From an uncultured Chloroflexia bacterium (GTDB lineage: Bacteria; Chloroflexota; Limnocylindria; Limnocylindrales; CSP1-4), in contig CAWHXD010000007.1 in the NCBI GenBank assembly GCA_963833225.1, forward strand, positions 256,001 through 320,000: a stretch of DNA of 64,000 nt. The letters run 5' to 3'. Positions 1 through 11,857 of this stretch are shown in pieces. The position numbers and the translations under genes are program-made. The notes beneath the pieces are model-generated. The model was not told where the DNA came from and made no database searches. It saw nothing but the letters and a program-made list of their open reading frames with translations. Each line of letters begins with the position of its first letter. Position 1 is the stretch's first letter.

Positions 1-411
1 ACGGCGCTCGGCGATGGCCATGCCGACAGCGTTGACGAGCCCCTGGCCGAGCGGGCCCGTGGTGGCCTCGACGCCCGGGGTGAGGCCGAACTCCGGGTGG
101 CCCGGGGTGATCGATCCCCACTGGCGGAAGGCCTTGAGATCGTCGAGGCTGACCGCGTAGCCGGTCAGGTGGAGCAGCGAGTAGAGCAGCATCGACGCGT
201 GGCCGGCGGACAGCACGAATCGGTCGCGATTGGCCCATGCGGGATCGCTCGGGGCATGCCGCAGGTGCTTCGTCCACAGCGCGAACGCCATCGGCGCCAT
301 GCCCATGGGGGCACCCGGGTGCCCGGAGTTCGCCTGCTGGACGCCGTCGATGGCGAGGGTGCGGATGGTGTCGACGGCCAGCCGCTCGAGCTGGTCCTGG
401 GCAAGGGTCAT
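1..411 (-). CDS. tkt: Transketolase, N-terminal part (runs off window)
   Basis: Manual translation [37 protein letters not shown]...[17 protein letters not shown]...TPGHPE...TTGPLGQG. Confidence 0.95.
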   Translation of the reverse strand, partial: MTLAQDQLERLAVDTIRTLAIDGVQQANSGHPGAPMGMAPMAFALWTKHLRHAPSDPAWANRDRFVLSAGHASMLLYSLLHLTGYAVSLDDLKAFRQWGSITPGHPEFGLTPGVEATTGPLGQGLVNAVGMAIAERR

Positions 412-560
412 CGCTGCTTCTCCGGGTGTTCGGAACGCCTGGCGGGACTGCCTCGCGTGGGTCCGGCGCGAGCAGCGCGGCGCGTTCGGCCGCGAGGAGC
501 CATCGTACCGCGCCATGCTTCACGGCCATGGTGTCGGTGTCGCCGTCGTATGCTCGGGTC

Positions 561-1547
561 ATGCCCAGCCTCCCCAAGCCGCGACGACTCTCGACGCCGC
601 GCCGCCGGCCCGCCGCGGTGCCGGGTGCCGTGGTGGTCGTGCTCGGTGACCTCGTGGTGGACGTCGTGCTTGCCCCTGACCGGGACCTCGAGCGCGGGAC
701 GGACGTCACCGGGAAGGTCCAGCTCCGGCAGGGCGGCTCCGCGGCGTCCACCGCGCGCTGGCTGGGGCGCCTCGGAGCCCGGACATCGCTGATCTGCGCC
801 ATCGGGCGCGATGCCCCGGGCCGGGCGCTTGTCAGGGCCGTTGCCACGGACAAGGTGCAGGTCCGCGCGGTGCGCATCGCGGGTGCCCGGACCGGCCGGA
901 TCGGCGTGCTCGTGGAGCCGGGTGGCGGCCAGCGGTCATTCGTCACCGAGCGTGGCGCCGCGCTCCGGCTGCGGCCCGAAGATGTGCGGCCCCAGTGGCT
1001 CGCGGGTGCCGACGCCCTTCACCTGCCTGCCTACTCGCTCCTGGACCAGCCGCTCGGCGACGCGGGGCTGGCCGCGGCGAAGCTGGCCCACGCCGAGGGG
1101 GTCCTCGTCTCGGTTGACCTCTCCTCGTCGGGGCCGCTGCTCGCCCGCGGGCGGCAGGGCGCCCTCGCACTGATCCTCAACGCCGCCCCGGACCTGCTGT
1201 TCGCGACGCGGGACGAGACACGGGCCCTCGTCGGCGGCAAGCACGAGGAGCGGCTCCTGGACCTGGCGCCGATCGCCGTCGTCAAGCGTGGCCGGAAGGG
1301 GGCGACGGTCTTTGCCCGCGACGGCCACGCCATGCTGCGGTTCGAGGTCGCCACGACGCCGATCACGGTGGCCGATACGACGGGCGCCGGCGACGCGTTC
1401 AACGCGGGGTTCCTGGCCGGCTGGCTTGACGCCCGACGTCGCGGGTCCCCGCTTGCCGCGGCTCTCCAGCGCGGTGCCGTGCAGGGCAACCGGACGGCCC
1501 TGCGGCACCTGACCACGCCGCCCGGCGAGCTGGTGCTCGGGCGCTGA
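561..1547 (+). CDS. PfkB/ribokinase-family carbohydrate kinase (possibly pseudouridine kinase)
   Basis: GGSAA N-terminal motif and DTTGAGDAFNAGF signature; TATGCT 6 nt before ATG; psuG nearby. Confidence 0.85.
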   Translation: MPSLPKPRRLSTPRRRPAAVPGAVVVVLGDLVVDVVLAPDRDLERGTDVTGKVQLRQGGSAASTARWLGRLGARTSLICAIGRDAPGRALVRAVATDKVQVRAVRIAGARTGRIGVLVEPGGGQRSFVTERGAALRLRPEDVRPQWLAGADALHLPAYSLLDQPLGDAGLAAAKLAHAEGVLVSVDLSSSGPLLARGRQGALALILNAAPDLLFATRDETRALVGGKHEERLLDLAPIAVVKRGRKGATVFARDGHAMLRFEVATTPITVADTTGAGDAFNAGFLAGWLDARRRGSPLAAALQRGAVQGNRTALRHLTTPPGELVLGR

Positions 1548-1596
1548 GGCCGACCCGGCCGGTCCGCCGTGCCAGCGCCCGCCCCCAGGACCGGCC

Positions 1597-3669
1597 CTAC
1601 GCCCGGACGAAGCGGTCGAACCAGTCGAGCATCCGGGTCATCCGGTCGATCCGCCGGTCGATCCGGCCCGTCGCCTGGATCCCGTGGTACTCCTCCGGGT
1701 AGACCACGTATTCCACGGTTCGTTCCAGCCAGCGCAGCGCCGCGAAGAACTGCTCGTTGTCGGCCGGCGGACAGCGCTTGTCCGCCTCGGCCTGGAGCAT
1801 CAGCAGCGGCGTGTGGACATCGGCCACGTTGCGCAGCGGTGACTGCCGCCACAGCCGGTCGATGCCCTCGGGCGTGGTCGGATCGCCCATGTGCGAGGCG
1901 CGGCAGTACTCGGGACCCGTGTCACTGTGGGCCCAGGCGGAGACCTGGTTCGTGACCCCGTTCTCCGACACGGCCGCCTTGAACCGGTCCGACGTTCCGA
2001 CCAGCCAGTTGACCATGAACCCGCCGTACGAGAGGCCAAGGGCGCCGAGACGCCCGGGATCGGCGAGGCCCAACGAGACCACGTGGTCGAGCGCGGCGTG
2101 GACATCGTCGGCGTCGGGCCCGCCCCACTCGCCAAGCTGCGGCGTGATCCACTCGGCGCCATAGGACGCCGACCCGCGGATGTTGGGCAGGACCACGCGA
2201 TAGCCGCGCGCGCAGAGCAGGACCACCTCCATGCTGGGCGCCGGTGACCACGCACCGAGCGGCCCACCGTGGACATCGACCACCGTTGGCAGCGCCTCGT
2301 CGTTCGAGGCGCCGGCCGGGGAGGCGATCCACGTCTCCACCGGTCCGCCGGGTCCGGGCGCCTCCACGCACCGCATCGACGGCCAGGCAAGCCCGCCCAC
2401 CCACGCCGATCCGATCGTGGTGACCGGGCGCAGCTCGCCCGCGACGTCATCGACCACGCACAGCTCCGGTGGACGGCTCCCGATGCTGGCGGTGACGGTC
2501 GTCCGGTCCCCCCTGGCTGCCAGCGTGCGTGCCCACGAGTCGCCCTGCGCCAGGCGCACAGGGTCGCCCGCGGGTCCGCCCGTCGCGGGGTCCACCGGGA
2601 AGCGCCACGGGTGGGTGCGACCGCGATCCGTGACCAGGGTCACGACCCCACTCCCGTCGGCCGTCCAGAACGGCCCTAGGCGCTGCTCCGCCTGCCAGCC
2701 CGTGAGATCGCCGTCCGCCCAGTCGCCAACCGGCCGATCGAGGTCCGGCGCCAGGGTCACGGCCTCCGCGGAACCGTCGGCCGGCCCGACCACGACCGTC
2801 GGCGACACGTCGTCGAAATAGTCGGGGTCGTCCACCCCGACCGCGGCCAGCCAGCGGCCGTCGGGCGAGTAGGCGGGAAAGCGAACGGGACCCGCGAGCG
2901 CAAGGACCTCATTCGGCGCCGCGTACCCCTTGCCCCGCGGAGCCGTTGCCGGAACCTCGAAGATGGATCCCCGTGGATGGAGGTCGGCGTCGGCTCGCGG
3001 ATCCGTGACGAACGCGATCGCCCGTCCGTCCGGCCGCCAGGCGATGTCGGACACGCCGCCGGCCGCGTCGGTGAGGCGGCGCGGCTTCGCTCCGTCCGAC
3101 GCCTCGACGACGTGGAGCTGCGACCGCCGGTCGAGGTACCCCTCGTAGTCGTAGCGGTAGTCGAGGACCGTGATCCGGCGCGCCATCGGCTCATCGTCCT
3201 TGGGCGCCTTGCCGACGATGAAGCGCTGGGGATCGGCCTGGGCGATGAAGGCGATCCGGCGGCCGTCGGGCGACCAGGCGGGCTCCCCGCAGGACAGCTC
3301 GCCGAGCGCCGGCGCGATGGGCTCGCCCCCGGCCAGGTCCAGGATCCGGAGCGAGGTCGGCTCCTTGTCCTTGCCGGGCGTTCCACGCGTGTAGGCGACA
3401 CGCCGGCCATCTGGCGAGATGCGGGGCCACATGTCGCGAACCGTGCCCGTGGTCAGTCGCCGGGGCTCGGGCGCGGAGGCCCCGCCGGGGCGGCCCGTCG
3501 CCAGGGGCACGAGCCAGAGATGCGAGACATAGTGATCCCCGTCCACGACCCGGCGGCTGATCACGGCAAACGAGCCGTCAGGAGCAAGGTCATGCTCCTC
3601 GACGACCACCTGGCGGCGGAGGAGCTCGGGGGTGGGGACCTGGAGGGTGCGGCGTCGGTTCTGCGGCAT
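1597..3669 (-). CDS. S9 family peptidase (acylaminoacyl/prolyl oligopeptidase-like)
   Basis: SPDG beta-propeller repeats, VHGGP, GLSYGG nucleophile, D and H of triad (DKRC, EYHG). Confidence 0.92.
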   Translation of the reverse strand: MPQNRRRTLQVPTPELLRRQVVVEEHDLAPDGSFAVISRRVVDGDHYVSHLWLVPLATGRPGGASAPEPRRLTTGTVRDMWPRISPDGRRVAYTRGTPGKDKEPTSLRILDLAGGEPIAPALGELSCGEPAWSPDGRRIAFIAQADPQRFIVGKAPKDDEPMARRITVLDYRYDYEGYLDRRSQLHVVEASDGAKPRRLTDAAGGVSDIAWRPDGRAIAFVTDPRADADLHPRGSIFEVPATAPRGKGYAAPNEVLALAGPVRFPAYSPDGRWLAAVGVDDPDYFDDVSPTVVVGPADGSAEAVTLAPDLDRPVGDWADGDLTGWQAEQRLGPFWTADGSGVVTLVTDRGRTHPWRFPVDPATGGPAGDPVRLAQGDSWARTLAARGDRTTVTASIGSRPPELCVVDDVAGELRPVTTIGSAWVGGLAWPSMRCVEAPGPGGPVETWIASPAGASNDEALPTVVDVHGGPLGAWSPAPSMEVVLLCARGYRVVLPNIRGSASYGAEWITPQLGEWGGPDADDVHAALDHVVSLGLADPGRLGALGLSYGGFMVNWLVGTSDRFKAAVSENGVTNQVSAWAHSDTGPEYCRASHMGDPTTPEGIDRLWRQSPLRNVADVHTPLLMLQAEADKRCPPADNEQFFAALRWLERTVEYVVYPEEYHGIQATGRIDRRIDRMTRMLDWFDRFVRA

Positions 3670-3735
3670 GGTCGCAGCCTAGTCCGCCTGTCGTCCGGCC
3701 GCATGCGCCGTCCCGCGCAGCGTACCCTGACGGCC

Positions 3736-4668
3736 ATGATCCCGCCCGCCCGCCTGTCGATCGCGCCGGAGGTCGCCGACGCGCTCCGCGACGGCACCCC
3801 CGTCGTGGCGCTCGAATCCACGCTCATCAGCCACGGCCTGCCGTACCCGCAGAACGTCGAGGTCGCCACCGCCTCCGAGGCCGCGGTCCGGTCCTCCGGA
3901 GCCGTGCCCGCCACCGTGGCCCTCAACGCCGGACGGCTGCTGGTGGGGCTGGCGCCGGACGAGCTCGAGGCGCTCGCGACCGCGCCCACAGGCTCCGTTC
4001 GCAAGGTCTCGCGTCCAAACCTTGGCCTCGCGATCGCGTCTGGGACGTGGGGTGCGACCACCGTGGCCGCGACCATGATCGCGGCCGAGGCAGCGGGCAT
4101 CCGGGTCTTCGCCACCGGGGGCATCGGCGGCGTGCACCGCGGGGCCATCGACGGTGACGCACCGAGCCTCGACATCTCGGCCGATCTCGACGAGCTGGCC
4201 CGGACGCGGGTCGCCGTGGTGTGCGCGGGCCCCAAGGCGATCCTGGACGTCCCACGAACCCTGGAATACCTCGAGACCCGTGGTGTCCCGGTGTTCAGCC
4301 TCGGGATCGACGAGGTGCCCGGGTTCTACTCACGCCGCTCCGGGATCCCGGCGCCGGCCCACGTCCCCGACATCGCGGCCGCGGCCGCGGTCATCCGGGC
4401 CCATGAGGCGATGGGCCTCGCCTCCGGGCTGGTCATCTGCAACCCCGTGCCGGAGGCCGACGCGCTGCCGCTCGAGGTCGCCCGCGGGGCGATCGAACGC
4501 GCCATTCGCGATGCCGAGGCGGCCGGTGTCAGCGGTGCCGCGGTGACGCCCTGGCTCCTCGCCCGCGTTGCCGAGATCACCGGCGGCGCGTCCGTGAAGG
4601 CGAATATCAGCCTGATCGTGAACAACGCGCGCGTGGCCGGCGAGCTGGCGGGCGCGCTCGGGGGCTGA
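3736..4668 (+). CDS. psuG: Pseudouridine-5'-phosphate glycosidase
   Basis: VVALESTLISHGLPYPQN, TTVAATM, FATGGIGGVHRG, DISADL, KAILD, VTPWLL motifs. Confidence 0.95.
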   Translation: MIPPARLSIAPEVADALRDGTPVVALESTLISHGLPYPQNVEVATASEAAVRSSGAVPATVALNAGRLLVGLAPDELEALATAPTGSVRKVSRPNLGLAIASGTWGATTVAATMIAAEAAGIRVFATGGIGGVHRGAIDGDAPSLDISADLDELARTRVAVVCAGPKAILDVPRTLEYLETRGVPVFSLGIDEVPGFYSRRSGIPAPAHVPDIAAAAAVIRAHEAMGLASGLVICNPVPEADALPLEVARGAIERAIRDAEAAGVSGAAVTPWLLARVAEITGGASVKANISLIVNNARVAGELAGALGG

Positions 4669-4868
4669 CCCGGGAATCGGTCGCGCTTCCGTGGCCAGCG
4701 GTCACCGCTTCTGCCGCGAAGGGCGCAACGAGGATCCGGTTAGCCTTGTTCCGCACCGGGGCGGTCGTTACACTCGCGGCGACCGCGGTCATCCGGTCGA
4801 GCGTGCGTCAGGCCAGATGCCACGGCCTGCCCGATCAGAGACCGGAGCCGCAGCGAGGGAGCAGCACC

Positions 4869-5378
4869 ATGCGGATCTACGAGGGCAGCCCTCGACAGGA
4901 CTTCGAGGAGGTGTTCCGTTCGATCGGAGCCTTTCTCGACACCCGCGCGATGCGCGACATCCTGATCCTCGAGGTGCCCGACGGCTTCATCGTCCAGGGC
5001 CTCGTGGCCGCGGGTGCGTCCTCGTCGGCGTGGTCGGACACGATGGGCACGGTCAGCAAGGAGACCCTGTCGTTCCTTGACGAGGATGTCGCCAAGTTCA
5101 TGGAGGAGGCGGCCAAGCGCCGTGGCGCCGCCGAGGAGGCGGGCTCCGAGGCCGGCGTCCACGAGCGTGCCCTGCGCGTGATCGGCCACTGGATCGACGG
5201 GGAGCGGCCCAAGGACGTGTTCCTGTTCGAGCAGGAGGGGGCGTACGTCGTCCGGCTCAACATGGGCGGCCAGCAGGTGGCGCACCACAAGCTCGCGGAG
5301 TTCACGACCGAAGACGTCGACGGGCTCGTCTCGCAGGGGCCGGAATTGCGCGCCAAGCCGGCGCCGCCGGCAAGCTGA
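4869..5378 (+). CDS. Hypothetical protein with two internal repeats
   Basis: RBS GAGGGAG; repeats FEEVFRSIGAFLD..DILILEVPDGFIV and HERALRVIGHWID..DVFLFEQEGAYVV. Confidence 0.75.
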   Translation: MRIYEGSPRQDFEEVFRSIGAFLDTRAMRDILILEVPDGFIVQGLVAAGASSSAWSDTMGTVSKETLSFLDEDVAKFMEEAAKRRGAAEEAGSEAGVHERALRVIGHWIDGERPKDVFLFEQEGAYVVRLNMGGQQVAHHKLAEFTTEDVDGLVSQGPELRAKPAPPAS

Positions 5379-5485
5379 TCGATCGCGACGGGCCTGTCCA
5401 CGGTCGCCGGGTCCGTGACATCCCGGCCGATCCGGGGCACAATCGCCCCCGATAGGCATCGTGCCGTAACGAAGGAGGCCCAACC

Positions 5486-5641
5486 GTGAAGGCACTCAAG
5501 ACGGTTGCCGTCGCGCTCGGGGTCACCCTGGGCGCCCTGATCATCATCCCGCTGGTCGTGCTTGCCGGCCTGTTCGTGTGGCTCAAGCTCACCGAGGAGG
5601 ACGACGAGGAGGCGCTGGAGCTCGAGCAGGAAGGCGCCTGA
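5486..5641 (+). CDS. Small 51-aa single-pass membrane protein with acidic tail (absent from ORF track)
   Basis: AAGGAGG RBS; MKALKTVAVALGVTLGALIIIPLVVLAGLFVWLKLTEEDDEEALELEQEGA. Confidence 0.7.
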   Translation: MKALKTVAVALGVTLGALIIIPLVVLAGLFVWLKLTEEDDEEALELEQEGA

Positions 5642-5724
5642 TCGACACACCCGACCTCCGGAGTCCAGACCCGGGGAGCCCGCCCACCACAGGTTCGACG
5701 CCCGCCGGCAAGGCGGGCGTCTCC

Positions 5725-6699
5725 GTGTCCACGTCGCAGAGTGCCACGGATGCGCACGGCACCGCCCCGGAGCGTCGGGTCGCGGAGCTGCTGGTCCTCG
5801 TCACCGTGGCGATCTGGTCAGCCAACTTCGTGGTCGTCAAGGCCGCCGTCGACGCCATCGGACCCCTGACGTTCACGGCCGCCCGCTTCACCGTCGCCGC
5901 CATCACGCTGTTCCTGCTGGTCCGCTGGCGGCTGGGTGCGGTGCGCCCGCCCGCCCGGAGCGCGCTGACGCTGATCGGCCTCGGGATGCTGGGCTTCGGC
6001 GGCTACCAGGTCCTGTGGACGGTCGGGCTCACGCAGATCACGGCCGGCGACTCCGCGCTGATCATTGCCGCGTCGCCGGTCCTGACGGCGCTGCTGGCGG
6101 GAGCCGTCGGGATGGACCGCCTGACCCCACCCAAGCTGGTGGGGGCGCTGGTCGCATTCACCGGCGTGGCCGTGGTGGTGGTCGCCGGTCACGAGCTCTC
6201 GCTCGGCGCGTCGCTCGTCGGCGATGGCCTCACGCTGGGGGCGGCCGTGCTGTGGGCGATCTACACGGTCTCCGGGACCCGCATGCTGCGCAGCGTCGAC
6301 CCCATCCAGGCGACCGCGTGGGCCGTGCTCGGCGGGACACTGATCCTGCTTCCCTTCGGCGTCGCCGAGGTCGCGACATCGCCGGCGCCCTCGATCTCGC
6401 CGCCGGTCATCCTTGCGGTCCTCTACGCGGGCGCGCTCGCGGCCGGCGTCGCCAACGTGTTCGTGTTCAACGCGATCCGCCTGGTGGGCCCCACTCGTGT
6501 CACCGTCAACCAGCTGCTGGTGCCCGCCGGCGCGGTCGTGCTCGGGGCGATCTTCCTGTCCGAGCCCGTGGGCATCGCCCAGGTCCTGGGCGGCGCCGTG
6601 ATCGTGCTGGGCGTGTGGCTCACGCGGCGTCCGGCGGTGCTGCCGGAGCCCGTGCGCTCGAGGATCGCTTCGCGCGCCGGGGCTACGCCTCGAACATGA
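5725..6699 (+). CDS. DMT/EamA family transporter (start uncertain)
   Basis: About 10 TM helices, WSANF..K motif, two EamA repeats. Confidence 0.88.
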   Translation: MSTSQSATDAHGTAPERRVAELLVLVTVAIWSANFVVVKAAVDAIGPLTFTAARFTVAAITLFLLVRWRLGAVRPPARSALTLIGLGMLGFGGYQVLWTVGLTQITAGDSALIIAASPVLTALLAGAVGMDRLTPPKLVGALVAFTGVAVVVVAGHELSLGASLVGDGLTLGAAVLWAIYTVSGTRMLRSVDPIQATAWAVLGGTLILLPFGVAEVATSPAPSISPPVILAVLYAGALAAGVANVFVFNAIRLVGPTRVTVNQLLVPAGAVVLGAIFLSEPVGIAQVLGGAVIVLGVWLTRRPAVLPEPVRSRIASRAGATPRT

Positions 6700-6765
6700 G
6701 CGTGCCCATCATCGATGGCCTGACACCAGCCGACGGTCCACGTCGACCCCGGATCGCAACCCTAA

Positions 6766-8532
<1,767 letters not shown>

Positions 8533-8570
8533 CCCGACCGGGTCAACGCCGCCAGCACAAGGTGGACCCC

Positions 8571-9969
8571 ATGGACGATGTCATCGCATCGGTTACCCCA
8601 GCGCTGGAAGCGAAGATCGGTGCGTACCGGCGCGAGCACCGGCTGCCCGGGATCGTGGCCGGGATCGCGGACCGCGACGGCCTGCGGTGGTGGCACGCGA
8701 CCGGCTTCGCGGACCTCCAGACCGGGCGACGCGCCGACCAGCGGACGCTGTACCGCGTCGCGTCGATCACCAAGACCGTCACCGCGACCGCCGTGCTGCA
8801 GCTGCGCGACGAGGGGCGGGTCCGGCTGGACGACCCGGCCGTGCGGTACCTGCCCGAGCTGGAGCAGGTCGCGGATCCGCATGGGCTCATCGAGGACGTC
8901 ACCATCCGCCGCCTGCTGATGCACACCTCCGGCCTGCAGGGCGAGCTGCCGTGGCAGGACCTGGACCGCTTCTGGCTCTATCGCCCCGAGGAGATCCCGG
9001 GGGTCCTGCACCTGGGCGCCGTCCGCACGCCGCCCGAGGCCGGCCACAAGTACAGCAACTTCGCGTTCGAGCTCCTGGGCCTGCTCGTGGAGCGGGTCGC
9101 CGGTCGCGGGTTCGCGGAGCACGTCCGGGCGTCGATCCTCGATCCGCTGGGGATGACGGACACGACCTGGGACCCGGACCCGGACCAGGCCGCCCGCAAG
9201 GCCACCGGCTACGACGCCCGCGACCACGCCGACATCCCGCCGCCGGCCCGCGACATGGACTCCGGCCTGTTCCTCGCCGACGGCGGGCTGTGGAGCACGG
9301 CGGAAGACCTGGGTCGATGGCTTGGCCAGCAGCTTCGCGCGGACCCTGCGCTGGGGCGCGGTCGAGGGCGATGTCCTGGCCGGTCGCACCCTGACCGAGA
9401 TGCACCGTCCCACGTGGATCACGGATCCGGCGTGGAAGGAGGCCCAGGGCCTGTGCTGGTACGGGACTCGCACCGGCGAGACGATCGTGGTGGGGCACTC
9501 GGGCTCACTCTGGGGCTTCCAGACCAACATCTCGTTCTCGGCGTCGGGCAAGGTGGGCGCGGTCGTGATGCTCAACGGCATCGGCAGTGCGGCGAAGCTG
9601 TCGCGCCAGCTCATCGAGACGCTCCTGCCGGCCCTCAGGGAGGCCGAGGATCGCGCCGAGGTGGCGCCGTTCGCCCCGGTGCCGGCCGCGTTCGGGGAGC
9701 TGCTCGGCACCTACCGGGATCCGGAGTTCGGCGAGGATGTCCGGGTCGAGTGGCGGGACGGCAAGCTGGCGATGGTCAGCGCGGACGCCGACGAGCCACC
9801 GCGGGAGCTCCGCCCGACCGAGGACCCGCTGGTGTTCACGATCTCGGGCGGCCGTCCGGCGGAGGAGGCGATGGCCTTCTCGCGCGGCGCCGACGGGAGG
9901 ATCGACCGGGCCAACGCTGCCGGCTACCCGATGATGCGCGTGGACCTGGTTCGCGAGCCCACCTGGTAG
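8571..9969 (+). CDS. Serine hydrolase, beta-lactamase class C-like; one frameshift near 9355 (probable sequencing indel)
   Basis: SITK (SxxK), LLMHTSGL and YSN in first frame; GHSG and C-terminal domain in ORF 9322-9969. Confidence 0.85.
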
Positions 9970-10170
9970 GGAGACCGTCGGGCGGCACCGCGGACGGGAC
10001 GATCACACCCGTTGACGGCTCGCGCAGCGGTGATATCCTGCGCTCATCCCCACCGGCTGCGCGCGACGGCACCCCGATTCCGCGCGAAGCAACAGCTCGT
10101 GGCGCGACTCAACGTTCCCCGCCGGACTGTTCCGGTGCCGAACCCCACCCCGCTAGGTGTGCCCATTCCA

Positions 10171-11553
10171 ATGCCCAACGGCCCCGACCAGCGTCCCAGC
10201 CGCAACCGCCGGCCGCGTCGTCGATCCCAGACCACCAACCGCCTCCCCGTGACCGAGCAGGACGAGGTCGCCGAGCTCGAGGCCGCGCGCGAGCGCCACG
10301 ACCTGGACATCCGCGACCTGCGCGAGATGTCCGTCAAGGAGCTCCGCGACGTCGGCGCCAAGCTCGACATCGAGGATCCGTCCACCAATCGCACGGACGA
10401 CCTGGTCGACCAGATCCTCCAGGCCCAGACCGAACGGGCCGGCCTCGACTTCGCCTTCGGCATCCTCGACATCGTGGACGAGGGCTACGGCTTCATGCGC
10501 CGCCACGGCCTGCTGCCCAGCGCGGACGACGTGTACGTCAGCTCCAGCCAGGTCCGGCGCTACGGGCTCCGGATCGGGGACCGGGTCACCGGCGCGGTCC
10601 GCGCCCCCCGCGAGGGTGAGAAGTACTGGGGCCTCATCCGTGTCGACGGCGTCAACGGGGTCGACTACGAGACGGCCCGCCGCCGGCCGATCTTCAACGA
10701 CCTGACGCCGATCCACCCGATCGAGCTCATCAACCTCGAGTCGGATCCCAAGAACCTCAGCCAGCGGCTCGTCAACCTGGTCAACCCGCTGGGCAAGGGG
10801 CAGCGCGCGCTCATCGTGTCGCCGCCCAAGGCGGGCAAGACGATGCTGCTCAAGAGCATCGCGAACGGGATCACCGCCAACTACCCGGACATCCTGCTCA
10901 TGGTCGCGCTCATCGGCGAGCGGCCGGAGGAGGTGACGGACATGCGCCGGAGCGTCCACGGCGAGGTCATCAGCTCCACGTTCGACGAGCCCACCGAGAA
11001 CCACACGCACGTCGCCGAGATGGCGCTCGAGATCGCCAAGCGCCAGGTCGAGACCGGCCGGGACGTGGTGATCCTGCTGGACTCGATCACCCGCCTCGCG
11101 CGCGCGTACAACCTGGCCCTGCCGCCGAGCGGCCGGACCCTGTCGGGCGGCATCGACCCGATCGCGCTGTACCCGCCCAAGCGGTTCTTCGGCGCCGCGC
11201 GGAAGATCGAGGAGGGCGGCTCGCTCACCATCATCGGCACCTGCCTGGTGGACACGGGCTCGCGCATGGACGACGTCATCTACGAGGAGTTCAAGGGCAC
11301 CGGCAACTCGGAGCTCATCCTCGACCGGAAGCTCGCCGAGAAGCGCATCTTCCCGGCGATCGACGTCCAGCGCTCCGGAACCCGCCGCGAGGAGCTGCTC
11401 CTCGAGGAGGGCACCCTCAAGATGGTCTGGACGATGCGCCGGATGCTGTCCGCGGTCGGCACCAACGAAGGGATCGAGCTGCTGCTCAACCGGATCGCCA
11501 AGACCGAGAGCAACGCGCAGTTCCTGGGGACGCTGACCAAGACCCTGGAGTAG
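10171..11553 (+). CDS. rho: Transcription termination factor Rho
   Basis: GKGQRALIVSPPKAGKT, ERPEEVTD, LLDSITRLARAYN, EEFKGTGN. Confidence 0.99.
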   Translation: MPNGPDQRPSRNRRPRRRSQTTNRLPVTEQDEVAELEAARERHDLDIRDLREMSVKELRDVGAKLDIEDPSTNRTDDLVDQILQAQTERAGLDFAFGILDIVDEGYGFMRRHGLLPSADDVYVSSSQVRRYGLRIGDRVTGAVRAPREGEKYWGLIRVDGVNGVDYETARRRPIFNDLTPIHPIELINLESDPKNLSQRLVNLVNPLGKGQRALIVSPPKAGKTMLLKSIANGITANYPDILLMVALIGERPEEVTDMRRSVHGEVISSTFDEPTENHTHVAEMALEIAKRQVETGRDVVILLDSITRLARAYNLALPPSGRTLSGGIDPIALYPPKRFFGAARKIEEGGSLTIIGTCLVDTGSRMDDVIYEEFKGTGNSELILDRKLAEKRIFPAIDVQRSGTRREELLLEEGTLKMVWTMRRMLSAVGTNEGIELLLNRIAKTESNAQFLGTLTKTLE

Positions 11554-11857
11554 TCGCCTCCCGACGACGCGCCGGTCGCGCGGTGCCGCGGCGCGAGTGG
11601 CACGGGTGATTCGCCGAGATTCATGACATCCGGCCCTCAAGAACGGGACCCTGCCCGCCGTCGCGCGGTGCGGGCGTGACGTTTGCCCGGCTCGCAACCT
11701 TTCTGGTACGGTCTGGGCGACGGCCCTCCGGATGCGATCCGCTTGCGGATGACACGTGGACTTGGAGGTCCGTCGGAACACGCCCCGGGAGGACCCGGTC
11801 CGCGCTCCCCAGAGCGCGCCGTCCCCGAGCCTTTGGTCCTCGCGTCAGGAGACCGTA

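Noticed and set aside
8562-10619. 685-aa ORF as one protein, and the 577-aa lsrK ORF extension to 40698
   Set aside because: Both are read-through artefacts after frameshifts; the real C-termini are in other frames.
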